Assembly: GCA_002633005.1 (NCBI GenBank)
Contig: NMRA01000123.1
Location: forward strand, 845,512 to 909,511
From: Phoronis australis
Lineage: Eukaryota; Animalia; Phoronida
Reading direction: 5' to 3'
DNA length: 64,000 nt
Positions 12,593 through 25,672 of the stretch are shown here, piece by piece. Within the stretch, counting starts at the first letter, position 1. The number at the start of each line of letters is the position of its first letter. The notes beneath the pieces are model-generated. The model saw only the letters and a program-made list of their open reading frames with translations, was not told the DNA's origin and made no database searches. The position numbers were made by a program, and so were the translations under genes.

Positions 12593-13322
12593 ATAAATTT
12601 TTTTTTTGATAAATTTTACTGGAAAGTCATGGCCCCCTGACCCTATAAAACTGTCGAATTTGACTAAATTTGCAACATCGTCTCAGAAATGGCTGATCGG
12701 CTTCACATGATCATGTTTGAATGAAGGCTATCAACAGCAGATTCATATGAAGGCCGAAATCAAATTCTACAGGCTTCCTGCTCTCAGAAAACATTTACAC
12801 AGACTTGTCAATAAGGCCCTACATAACTTTATGTAAGTATATTATAATTTATTATAATTTATTCCAGCACTTTTTGAAGGACTATAAAGACACTAAAATT
12901 TCATGGTATAAAGTGTCTCAGTACCAACACATCGTTTTTAAGAATAACAGATGTCCCTAAACTTTAACAGACATTTCAAGCTTGCAAACCATCTAAATTA
13001 GAAAGATATGAACTTTGTCTTTACCAGACTTTTGCTAAACACTGAAACATTTACCCTGACCATTGTCCCTGCCAGCAGAAGACAAAATTATGAACTTTTT
13101 ACAGCAAAGTCTATGGAATGTGAGCTGCCTGCCTAACACCACATTCATTATCAAAAAACAGAAATTCAACGTTAACATTGCATTGATTTATACCCTTACT
13201 GTAAGTGTATTTCCATTGAAAGTCAAAAATGTGGAAGTAAATTAACTACAAAACGGAAAGTCTGCAGAAAAGTATATTGGTAAAGAAAATCAAATGCTCC
13301 CAGTGACCTCTGTGGGTGACCT

Positions 13323-14504
13323 CTACTTGTGACCTGTCACCAAAGGTCGTCCATATGATCGGTTACTCTCCCAGCTCAGAGTGCTAGAGGTGCTATGGCC
13401 GCTACCTGGTCGAGCTCGATCAAACGTTGGTGAATTGGCCAACCGTCCATACACAGCATTAGGATCCTTGAAACGGTCCAGTTCAGCCCCTTTGGCTGCA
13501 AACTCATGGCTAAGGTCATCACCTATGGACGCCTGGTAGATGTTAGGATTGAACGGCTCAATGGGAGCCACGCTGCGAGGACGGAGACTGGTCTTCTTGG
13601 GCTTCTTCTTACGACACAGGAAAACTGTTGAAAGGAGCAAAAGTATGGATGGCTATAGCGGCCATGATGCACATGACGCATAATTGTTGCAATATGGTTA
13701 AAATTCTTCAGTTTGGGACACAATTTGGCAGACAGGTTAAATTTCGTTTTGTTATAATGCTTAATCAAATTAACTTTTCAGGAAAATTTAAATTTTGCTT
13801 TTACCATGTTTTGCATGGTGTAGCTATACCAAACAACATTTGGTATTTTTTTTAGTATTTGCAGCAACGGGGTAAGTCTGAAAAAAAATATGGCAGTTTT
13901 AGAAATTATTTTTGTCCCAAAATGCAGTACTTTTACCATAACCAAAACAATATTTGGAAATATAATTGAAACTATGTCAATATTACTCAGGTTTAAAGAT
14001 CATGGATACTAGCTACGCTATTGAAACATAATTAGCCAGCTGTGCCCTCTATTGGCACGATCGGCTTACTGCTTTTCCATGTTTTGCCATGAGGTTTACA
14101 TGGAATAACTGAATAAATAAGTCGCAAATTTCCTACAAACTTTCATAATGTGAAAGCAAGAACACGTCATGGAAACCAATTGACTTCTGGTGAAAGCAGC
14201 AAGCGAAAGGCTGCTATTTATTAAAAACTGCAAAGAAAAAGTACTATCTCCTTGTACAGCCAGGTGGCGATAATAGTCACCTGTCCCACCTGATCAGCCC
14301 CCCATTGCATTCTGAAGGACTCCAATTGATATGACATTTAAAAAATAAAACCACCGGCAACTTACAAAGCAGGCCCAGTGCCGACAGTGCTGCGAGTATA
14401 CCCAGAGGTACAGCTATACCAATGCCTATCTTCTCGGAGTTAGACAGACCAGTCTTGTCATCAGGACCTCCGCTCAGGGATTCAGGATTGCCAGGATTGA
14501 CAGG
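13323..14504 (-). CDS. TM exon and cytoplasmic-tail exon of the large membrane protein
   Basis: 14366-14504 encodes PVNPGNPESLSGGPDDKTGLSNSEKIGIGIAVPLGILAALSALGLL and splices (phase 1) to 13323-13624 FFLCRKKKPKKTSLRPRS...GHK*. The hydrophobic helix is followed by a Cys and a basic stop-transfer segment. Confidence 0.9.
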
Positions 14505-17500
14505 CTGTGTGGCAAGGCAATGGAATGAGAGTGAATCCAGTTGGTGAGGTAGGTCAATTACCAGGGCTTGGAATGACCAACAACAAAAAAGAGGATGTAT
14601 TGTTTCACAAATAAAAAGGCTGGTGTGAAAGAAATATTTGTGTTGTAAGATTTAACTGAAATGAATGTTTTTGCATGATCAAAGTCAAAAGCATGATAAA
14701 AAAGACAAAAAAGAGATAACTGGAAATCAAATAAGAGGAAATCTAAACTAAAAAAGAGGAAATCCTGAAATGAGGAAAATTCCAAGCCCTGTTCCATCTT
14801 ATCAAGGCAGTTCGTAAGTCGTGCCTTTCACTTCTGCGTTACGCTCTGAACTAACGAATCACACCTTATTACAGTACTAGTGATGATAATAGTAATAATA
14901 ATAAAACAAACACAAAATATATAACATACTATCAATACAATCTGAAATTTCAAACACAGAAAAGCCATTATTTCCTACAACTAAAGGTTACGTCCTTAAT
15001 TTCAAAACGCGTGAAAACATGAATGGTGTCGATAAGTATGGTAATAATGTCTTACAGGATTAATACGTCCACCTCTGTAAGGCAAAACTCTGATAAGTAA
15101 AAGAAATGCTGGCATTACTATTAATTATCAGTAAAACTGCAAACGTGCCATGTATTGCTGCCATCAGTGTGAAGCAAAGGAAACAGCTGATGTTCAATTC
15201 TCATTGGGTGCTGGTGAAATTTCAAATCATGTGTTTTCTCTTGTTGAGAATTCACCGAGGGCGCTTGCAAGACAATGGTCCCAGTGTGTATAAAAATACA
15301 TTCCTGCAAACATCTAGCCCACAAATGCGTCCATGTAAAACAACATATTGTCAATGAATTCAAATAACAAAGACGCGCCATTTTTTATCAGCATCTCCAC
15401 CAGGTACATGTCGATGCGGCCATTTTCTATTGATTCATGATATTAAAGTTGAGACTGGTCCGTTGTATTACCTTTTTTGATTTCTCAATAGATCTTTAGA
15501 AACATCTCGTCTTTGACTGTGATGAATCGTGGGAAATCTGGTCACCTTTGATCTCGAAACTGCCCCTACACTCTTGTTCCAGATTTTATAGGAGGCCAGT
15601 TTAAACATCACACGTGACCAGAGTTCCCACGATTCATCACAGTCAACATCCCATCAAAGGTGATGAGATGTTTCTGAAGTCTAGGAAATCAAAAAGGTAA
15701 CCCAGCAGACCAGTTTCAACTTTAATATCACGAACATTCCTGGATGGCTCAATTCGAGGTCTACATTTTATTAATCACGCACTATTTTCATCTGATCTTC
15801 TAATTATGATTTTCAGTAACTATTAAAACACTTACTCTGATCTTATTTTTGTCCTTTGACAATACTGCTGGATTTCTTGTCACTGGTTCGCAGCTACTCT
15901 GTGGCACCTGGCCACACAGGCTGCACGTCTCCATGGTGACAGCACAGACGGAGACATTTGATTGGCTGGTCAAGTTACGCAATGATGCATTAGTCAGGTC
16001 GGAGGCATTGTAAACAATGAGAGTTGTGGTTCTAGTGACAGGCTCGACTGATGCTTGGAAAGACTTGCACATGGTTTTCTGGTGAAATAGAGAGAAAATG
16101 ACATTTTTAGCATTAAAATCACAGATGGCATCTGAAAGAAACCTACTTTAACTCTTTCACCTCCAAGTAACTGTCGGCCATTGTGTCCCTGAACCCCAAG
16201 TAACTTAGTACACATGGGCTGAACTGATGTGCTTGTTTTCAAAATTCCATAAACAATCCATTTATCATTGAATTTCAAAGTGTAATACACCAAAATGTAG
16301 AGAACAGAATGAACTTTATCTACAAATTCACCAAAATTAAAAAATCCCACTCTCTCATGTGATGCAGGTAAGTAACACCTGAAATGCCGGTGTTTGTTTG
16401 CCAATTTGCCAATTCAATGTATCGTTTAAAGAATAAAAATGATTTATGAGTAACAGTGTCGTGAATATTCTTCAGTAAAATTTCTTAAGATACGTTTTTA
16501 ATCACATTTCACATCTTCTATTTACATTTGAAGTCCATAAAGTGACTTAAATTAGGCGATCGTTAAGTTCAACGATTCAAATTTGTCCACTTCCGGTTGT
16601 GACTCGCGCTTCCTTTGGGCGTTCAAATTAATTACCCTGACAATTTCACCGAATATTTCATCAATATAGAAATTTTTAAAGTACTCAACTTGCTTATCGT
16701 AACCATCGTAAACTCTAGAAGACTCCACATGTTCAGAAAATTTGCGAAGATGTCGAAGTTCAACGGCGTTTGTTTGACCCAATTGCGAAATTCGCGACCT
16801 GCAAAGTTTTCCTCCGGTTCAAAGCCATGTAATTCAACTTCTTTGTCGTAATAGTCAACAAAATCTGGCCAGATTTATAAGAATTCCTTTTTGGGTTATC
16901 TTGTATATTAATTAAGTAAAAAGTATACAAATTATTGCCAATTTCGTCATTTGAAAAGTCTACGTCTGAATCGCCGTCGGCCGACATTTTGTTTTCGCGA
17001 GTCATCGATCTAAATTCTTGGAAAACCCCTTCAATAACTCACGTTACCTCTCAGCAACGAATCAGAAAAGCTGTTAGAAATGAAGGTAAGGCTATATTTA
17101 AATTTGTGACGTACACAAAAGAATTCCCCTAATCAACCAATCAAATATTCTGTTGCTTGGAAGTTCGGCATATCGTGAGACCGATAAAGCGGTCCACGGT
17201 GTTGAATGGAGGTAAGTTTCAGAGACCGCTTAAGCGGTCTGCGGTGTTGAAAGGGTTAAACATGCATTGTGCTTTCTGATTCAAATCACGTACAACTTCA
17301 AAATTGGTCTCGACTGCCTTGTAAACTGCAATGTGTTAAGAAAAAATGACAAAACTTAAGAGTTCACACATTGCGAAGTGGAACCATAAGTCAACATTTC
17401 CAATTAAAGTCCTAACTTAAGTCCCATGCTTCTGGACTCAAGCACTTAAATGTGAGTGGTCCCCAAGCCCAAAAATTGCTTCCAATGTGAGTTAAGGAGG

Positions 17501-20500
17501 ATGTGACGACTGTTTTCATATCACTGTAAATGGTCTAATTCACTGTGATATATGTTTATTGAAGGATACACAGAACATACAAAGAAATAATGGTCTAATT
17601 CAATAGTTTGTTTTTGATATAGGATGGCTACACCAACAGGTCCTATGATATCATGAGTGGGTCTCGACCTCAATACTTAAAGGGCTGGACAAAGTTTAGG
17701 GACGGCCCTATAAATGCCATTTCTCATTTTTTATTTTAAATGCTCTCTGACTGAGCAGACATATTTCTAAGTTCAGTGAAAGTTATGCTATTTCACCTAC
17801 CAAATCAGCAGTAAATGACACAGGGACAGGGTCAGTGGTTACCGTGGCAACAGATGTTGTAATTCTTTCTGTTGTAGACACTGTTGCATGTGACGCCTAA
17901 AACAGAAGATACATGTATGGAACAGAACCTTCTTTAGCGAAGCAATTCTATTAAATATAACAGATTCCAATACCTACCATAAGGAATATACCATCACACA
18001 AGCACACAGATATTAAATTGTGATCTCAACACTAAGTAGAAGTGATAAGTAATTATCAAGTGATAATATGTCAAACAAGAGCAGTCCCCGGGGCGACCAC
18101 GGTGCATTGCAGTGTTTCTAGGGGTTTGGGTAAGGTACAATAGGGCTACACATTAATCAATTCTACCACAACGAGAAGGTGCAGTTAAGGCCCCTTGTTG
18201 ACTAACTAGTACATGTCTTTGCATCATATAACTTAAAGTTAGTTGTCATTAGTTGTTAGTTGTTAGTTGTCCATTTAGTCACAATGACCTTAAGTACATG
18301 AAGACTTGTGGGGAACGCTGATGGACATGTTATGTAACTGTAAGCTTTACAATACGAAGTCTCCTGGATAAATTGAGAGGGAATACTTAGGTTAGCCTAG
18401 TTTACTTTTCAAAAATGCTACAGTTTAATACAGAGTCCTGTCGTACCGACCATGTAACCATAAAAAATACCATAACACTATCATGATGAACAGGAACAAA
18501 AAGAATAAAAATTGTTGATAACTGATGTATGAATTACAACCAGTAAGTGAATAGTATCGTCAACAAGAATAGCAATGAAGGAACCTAACAAATAGTTTGT
18601 CTTGACACCTAGGGCAGCAAGCATTGGCATAATAATGTAGAACCTTACATCAGTAGTCACACGCTCTGTGGCTGTAGTCTGGGTAAACACTGGGAGAGTT
18701 GGCAGAGTGGTAGTAGTAGAAGTCACCGGCTTGACTGTCTCTACAGTCTTCCCCTTCACTATGACAACAGGTGGAACGGGCGTGGTTGGATCACTGGTGG
18801 TGGACACTACTATTGTGGTGGTAAGGGGGGCACTGGTTGGACACAGACTGAAAAAGATACACAAGAGGAATAAAAACATAGTATCCGAGTATACAGGTGA
18901 AAGGTGCGTTTTAACGATGCTCATCTTTGCTGATTCGTGAATCTAGAAATTTCTTCACCATATTATTGGTTTTAAGTTTGTTGGGAATGAGAAGCACCAT
19001 GCGAATGAATCGAAGGCATCAATTATAGGAAAAAATAGCCAGACCTGTGACTTTCTAAAGAATCATACTGTAGATGAATTGGTGATAGAAAAAAAATGTG
19101 ATTGTGGTGAGGCCACAAAATAACAGCAAGTGAAGCTGGGTAAAAAAGAACCTCAACCCATTAAATCAGGCATCAGGTGACTTTTCTTTTTGAAAATAAA
19201 GGAAACTAAAATACCACATCACCAGCTCAGTTTTTATGACCAGTGCTACTTCTTAGCCTACACAGCATTATTGAGACCGCATGATTTTGCAGGCATAAAT
19301 GGCCCTAAGTTTTGATTTTTTCTTCTCAGACAACAGATCATATATTAAGAAAATGTTAAGAACTGAATTAAATTTGGTTACAAATGACAAGCAATCCCTG
19401 AGCTGACGCCAGCAAAAAGTTTCTTTACATACTTCCGTCACAAGACATCTCGCTACACAATACGTTTCATTACCTGTAATAGTGCCCCTTGATGACTGCC
19501 ACACTTAAACCCTTGACAGTAGTACTGGACAAGAGAGTCATCTTTAATTGTCCACTTTTGACGTACTGTTCTATCTGTGTGTACTTGTCCAGCAAGTAAA
19601 CTGTGTCGTTGGATGGTTTGGTCAGAGTAAAAACTATAACATTCTGAAAACGTAATTTACATGTTACTGCCCTTCAACCTCAGCAGGTTAATTAACGACT
19701 GCACAATACATTTCCCAACCGGGAACTCTGAATGATCCTTACTGGTTAGCACAAACCAGAAACATGTTTGCTGCCAAATGAATTGGGAAACAATGACTGT
19801 TAGTGACAACACTACTTGCACTCTCAACACAACTGGCCGACTTGTACAGTAGCAGAACGACTATGTAAATCAGCGTGGAAATAAGATCGCAAACATTCTT
19901 AAGTCTTGTCTGCACACCATCTATTGGCGAGTCCTAGTCGCGGTAGAAATCTTTTCAGATTTATGTTCATTAAGTCAAGTGATGTGGCCAACAAGTAGGA
20001 TGCAGATCAGACTTAAAATGTTTGCGATTTAACTAAATAACCTAAAACAATTGGAGATCTTTGTATTAAGGCGAGCACCTCCTGGGCCGGTATACCGACA
20101 CATTACGTTTTTGTCTCTAATCGTTATCAATATCAAGCACTAATGAATATCAATTAAATTAGTTTTTGGCCACAGTAAAAAAAAACGGTTTTTAATGAAT
20201 ATCAATGAATTGAAAACTACTACGCACATTTCTAAATAGATTCATCACTTCTCATCAAAAATAGGCAAACCAATCATTAAGCCACTGCTATAAACAGCTT
20301 GAATTTCATTTTCCAAAATGTTGCATAAGTTTGCCAACTCCAATATAGAGCAAACTCTACAATCAACTCGAGCAAAACGTTCTTTTGTGGCGAAAATTAA
20401 AAACTCAACTATCACCTTTCTACCACGCATTGTCCAAACTGAAGAATTTTTTTGTTTAACATCAATTAACACCCACCTTTGCTACGTTATCTAAAGTGAT

Positions 20501-23500
20501 TCCAGACAACAAGTGTGAGCTGAGCACGCCACCTAGTGATGACTTGAGATGAGTGAGGAGATCACGACGACTAGTGACATCTTTAGTCACCATGTTGGTG
20601 AAGTCATAATCCAGTGCCATGGCCAGAGTCAAACTGTGGAAAAAACAGTAATTGTCAACCTTCGTGAAGTGCCTTTTAAATTTCCACTTCCTATCCATGA
20701 AAGTGCATTTACGAATCCTTGATGATTGAACAACTTTGACTCATTCCTTCAAGTGCTGTGAAATCAATCACTGACTGTCATTCTTTTGTTTTGAACATGA
20801 CTATCTAAAAAACCTATGCCTAACCTGCAGGCAACCTCGTGTTTGATCAACAACTTACATGGTACCTTAGCTGGAGACCGTTTATATACCAATACTTTCA
20901 TATACGACGTGTGCATGACAGTCCATGTGCCTGCATGTTTCTGAAATAACATGATTTTTAAAAGTTTGCTCTTGAGCAATTAAAGGTGCTTTGTATGCGC
21001 CTAACTCTGCATAAAGGCACACCTTATATAAGCCCTTGGGTCTAATTTTAGACATAGATACAACTTCTCATATAGATGGTTGGGCCTAAATACGTGCAGG
21101 TATGGTAATTTCAATAGCATCATAGCCAACAGTCACATTTATTTACTTACTCTGTGTAGTCATCAACATTCCTGACCTCTAGAAGGTCGCGCCTATCACG
21201 TGGGCCAATCGTAAACTTGGATTTGGATGAGAACATTTTATGTATCAAATCTTTTGTTCCGGCATTGACAGGCATCTTGACAGTTGCTTGAATGTCAAAC
21301 TCCACACCATCCTGATTAAATGCGGAAGGTAAACAGAGATCAGACAAATTGGTTCAATACAATTGTCATTCAGAGATGCAGAGAAAATGGATTGGTTAGA
21401 TAGCAAGTTCATTCAGACCACATGCACAATACATTCTATCACTACTAATAGACATTATTAGGATAAAGCATTGACTGAAAGCATACAGGCTGATTAGGTA
21501 TCTCAGAACAGAAATTTAAAGTGATCAACAAGCACTCTACACCAGGCAGAAAAATAATACACAAAATATATTGAGTTTTGCCATTTATAGAATATGCATT
21601 AAAAATTACAAAACCCATACAGAAGCCTTGGAGATAATTCTGAATTTCAAGCAAACAATATTGGACAACGACTGTTCATGATGAAAAAAAATTGAAATTT
21701 AACACCCTTAACCTGAAACACGGCCTAATACAACCAACATCATCACTCACTGGGGTCAACTCCACCCTGACAAGTGATCTGACAGAGATGCGACCAATCA
21801 GTTCAGTCATCAGTTTTTTGTGGAAGTACTCTAGAGTCTCATTTCTTTGCAGCTCACTCAGCTCCAGAGTCTCATTACAGGGTATGAACGCAGTCATGGT
21901 CAGTCTGCAATAATTATTCATTAAATGCAGTCTAATCAAACTGACAACGGGCAAAGCAAAGCCGCAATATATGTTATGGTATTAACAAAATCAACTTTTC
22001 CAAACAGTCGTATTAATGCTGTCCTACCCAAAAAAATGCCATTACATTCTAATCCTTAACACAAACAATACATATTAATAAAGCAGAAAAATGGTTCCAG
22101 GTGATCAGTGCAGTGGGCCCACATGCACAACCTACGTACGTCTGGTGTAACGTGCACTAGACTGCCTGCAATTAATTTTTTATCCTTAACCCACACATTG
22201 CATTACGAGGCAAAAATGCTTATAAAACAGAAATGGCAACACTGAACACAACCTCACTGGTTAATTGCAGCGGCTATTTAATAACTGATTGCTCTCCGGG
22301 TTTGTTCTTGATGGGAAATGAGTGTCCACAGTTTTTCTAATTTAAGTTACTTTTATCATTATTACATCATTTATGCAAGCTCAAAATATTGACAACATTT
22401 TATCTCAAACAAAGTTTAAATCTGAACCACCAAAACTTGCCCACGCTATAATTGTAACTAGTTCATGACTAAAATAAAGAGTAATCAAATATTTTGACAC
22501 TGACAGCTCTTATAAATAAATTCTAAATTAATATAAAAACAAAACTGAAAAAGTTCCCACGTACAATGTATTATTAATTCAAAACTACTCACGTCTCGGG
22601 CAGAAAGCAGTCGTTATCACAGCTTGGTACTTTATCTAGGTCACACCAATAACAGCCTTTCAGCGACTGACATGTGTCTTTGTTAGATCTAAAAAAATCC
22701 AAATATATACATACAGAAGGAGAAACAGTACTTGCGGTAAACACACAGTACTCGATAACTTGGTATACACACAATACTTCAGTGATAACAGTATACACAC
22801 ACACAACTTGATATCTTGGTATACGTACACTACCAGATAACTTGGTATAAACACACAACTTGATATCTTGGTACAAACACAATACTTGATAACGTGGTAT
22901 ACACATACTACTTGATAACTTGGTATACACACAGTGCTTGATATCTTAGTATACACAGTGACTGACACAAACTAAAACATCCACCCACGTTGGCGGCAAA
23001 CCACTATCAATCCTTTCAGCGAGAGCAGCCCCTAGAGGCATACACAAGAACTATTTCCTCGCTGAACAGTATTCTCAGTAAATGAAACAGTGAACACCAG
23101 GGGACTGTTTTATGAAAACTAACTTCAGACTTAAGTCGGAAATTTGGTCTTATGCTCGACACAATTATTTCTAAAAAACAATTGAATCTAACTTTATCAT
23201 AAATGTAAAGTTTCTGAGAATACACACAGAGCAGCTGGTTACTGGGATTAATTTCTGCAAATGATTTCTCAACTGTAACGCAGTCATAATTACTTGACTG
23301 AACCTTTTTCAGCAGCTGTGAAGAGGGACCGTAAGACAAAATTTCTGTCTTATGTCGTGTCTCACTTTCATGAAACAGACTCTCAAACACTAAATAATCG
23401 TGTAACTTTTTACCATACCCAACACTACAGTTAAAGCCACAGTCAACACCATAGCCGAGGTCATAACTCCAGTCAACAGGTGGCATTGGTGGTTGAGTCA

Positions 23501-25630
23501 GAGGAAGTAGCACCATCTGATGGTCATTGATGAAACTTTCAACGTCAGACAGGATACTTCCAGGGATGTCTGAGGGATGTTGAATCACGAAGCTCACTGT
23601 TGTCTGTAAAAGTCAGACAAAAGAATAAATTGCAAAGCAAATTTGAGGGATAAATAGTTCTTTCTTGCTCTCTCTATGTTCAATGTGCTTAAGGTTATAT
23701 AGAACCTTATCCACAGGTTTGTGCACTTAGCCAAATACCTACAAACGTATTAATACAAAATTAACTCACCAAAAGTATATAGTAGAAATTCCTTTGAATT
23801 TGAATTTTGGCTTTATGTGAATCTACCTCATGACCGTGCTTTTTAGGGAAATTTAGCAATAATAGAAACTTAACATACTTAAAATACATAACCAAATTTC
23901 TTGTGATATATAAATGTTCAACATAAAGTCTCAAAAATCCTGTTGTAGTTTTCTCTGTCGGTAAATTATTGTTTTGTTTTCATGTTATTATTTTTTAATA
24001 AAGGTCACACAAGTCCCATTTTTGACAGCCCTCATGCAAAAGTGAATTGGAAAACATAGCGTCCTAAAGCTTCATGTACATCACATAAGATATTTCTGAG
24101 ATATGTTTCAAAGTTGGTCACAGTTAGAAATTTTGCTAACTGGTTCTAAAGAAAACTTGAAGTCGTACAAATGTCTCAAAAATGTGATGAAAATATTCCC
24201 AAGCAGTCACATGTTGTGCTGCATAACCAGTCATTAGTGAAATCTAAAAAAATGCATTTGACAATATGCCAGTCACAGTTCTTGCAGGATAAGAGATGCA
24301 CTTGTACCTCTTTGTGAAGTCCTTTCAGTCGAAACAGTACAAGGAGGTATTTGAAATCATAGTTTGATTTATTATTCTTAATGTCAATTCACAGGGAATT
24401 GTGTCTCACATTTTTAATACACTGTTTTAACACCAGCGACTTCAGCCACCAAAGTCCCTTGGCTAAAGCAATACCTTTATTTTTGATGACTGATATTTCC
24501 ATTGGCCGGAGTAAACTTTAAAATCAAAAATCTCACAAATGATTCTCTCGGCCATGGACCAGAGTGGAATGTCATGGGAGTTAACTCACTTCCTAAAGAG
24601 AAACTGATGTAAATAAAACCACTAAGAACTTTGACAATCAAAAAGATTTAAAATGGCGGATAAGTTTTAAAAATCTGTGTCAAACAACTTGCATATTGTA
24701 GTCCAGGAACAATCACGGGATTAAAGAAATGTTACTTTGAATAACATCAAAGGAAATAGAGATAATAACTTTATGCGTGCTCGTAAAACACAAAATTTTT
24801 CTTAATTTTCATTTTTGTTGCTATATTTAACAAAATTTCACTAGTTGGCCATATTGTGTATTGAAGAAATAGCATAATATCCCTTATCTGACTAAATATT
24901 CCGTTAGATAAGGACAATGGTGTTGTGCCTCCAGTATAGGAATTTAGCTGATCGTGGGATCATTACGCCCAGACCGTGTCTTGCGATTCACCTTGAGGTG
25001 AATTTGCAATGAATTCAAGCAGAAAAATGTGACACACCTTTCCCAGTTGGATATCAGATATGGTTTCTGCGATGTCCCTCGGGAAGTAAGTAGAGACCAT
25101 TTCCTGCAGTTTCTTGGACACTCGCTCACGTAGACCCACGTCACTGCTGACTAGCTTCTCCAAGTCGAGGCTGTCGTCATACTTCAGGGTTAGTGTGGCT
25201 CTGTTAAAAGATCGGATGAGACTGTCTACAGTACAGTCAGTTAACCCACCCCAAGACTTCTGAAAACCCAGACACGTTTGCACTGCTAATAGGATCTGTC
25301 TATTGTATGCGGTGATCCATGAACCCGGTAAGCAACCAGCAAGTCGAAGTCTTTCAGATGTCATTAACAAATTGATTGCGATTTTCCAGGTAATGAATCG
25401 TTCCACAAATAAATAAGATTGTGTGATAGAAATATTTTTTCTTGCATGAATAAAGTCAAAATATTGATAAAAAGAGCCTAAAAAGAGGAAACTGGAAGTC
25501 AAATAAGAGGGCATTGGAACCAAAAATCCTTTTACAAGAGCAAAATTCTAAGCACTGCATGGAATAGATGCCCCCCCACAAGACAATAAAAGATAAAAAC
25601 AAGGAAGCTAGTAAAAAGAAAAAGAAATTA

Positions 25631-25672
<42 letters not shown>

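Noticed and set aside
22589-22968. ORFs with YQV/CVY repeats; repeat array superficially CRISPR-like
   Set aside because: A 26-bp tandem minisatellite with no unique spacers and no cas genes, in eukaryotic DNA. Only 22593-22688 is a real exon.
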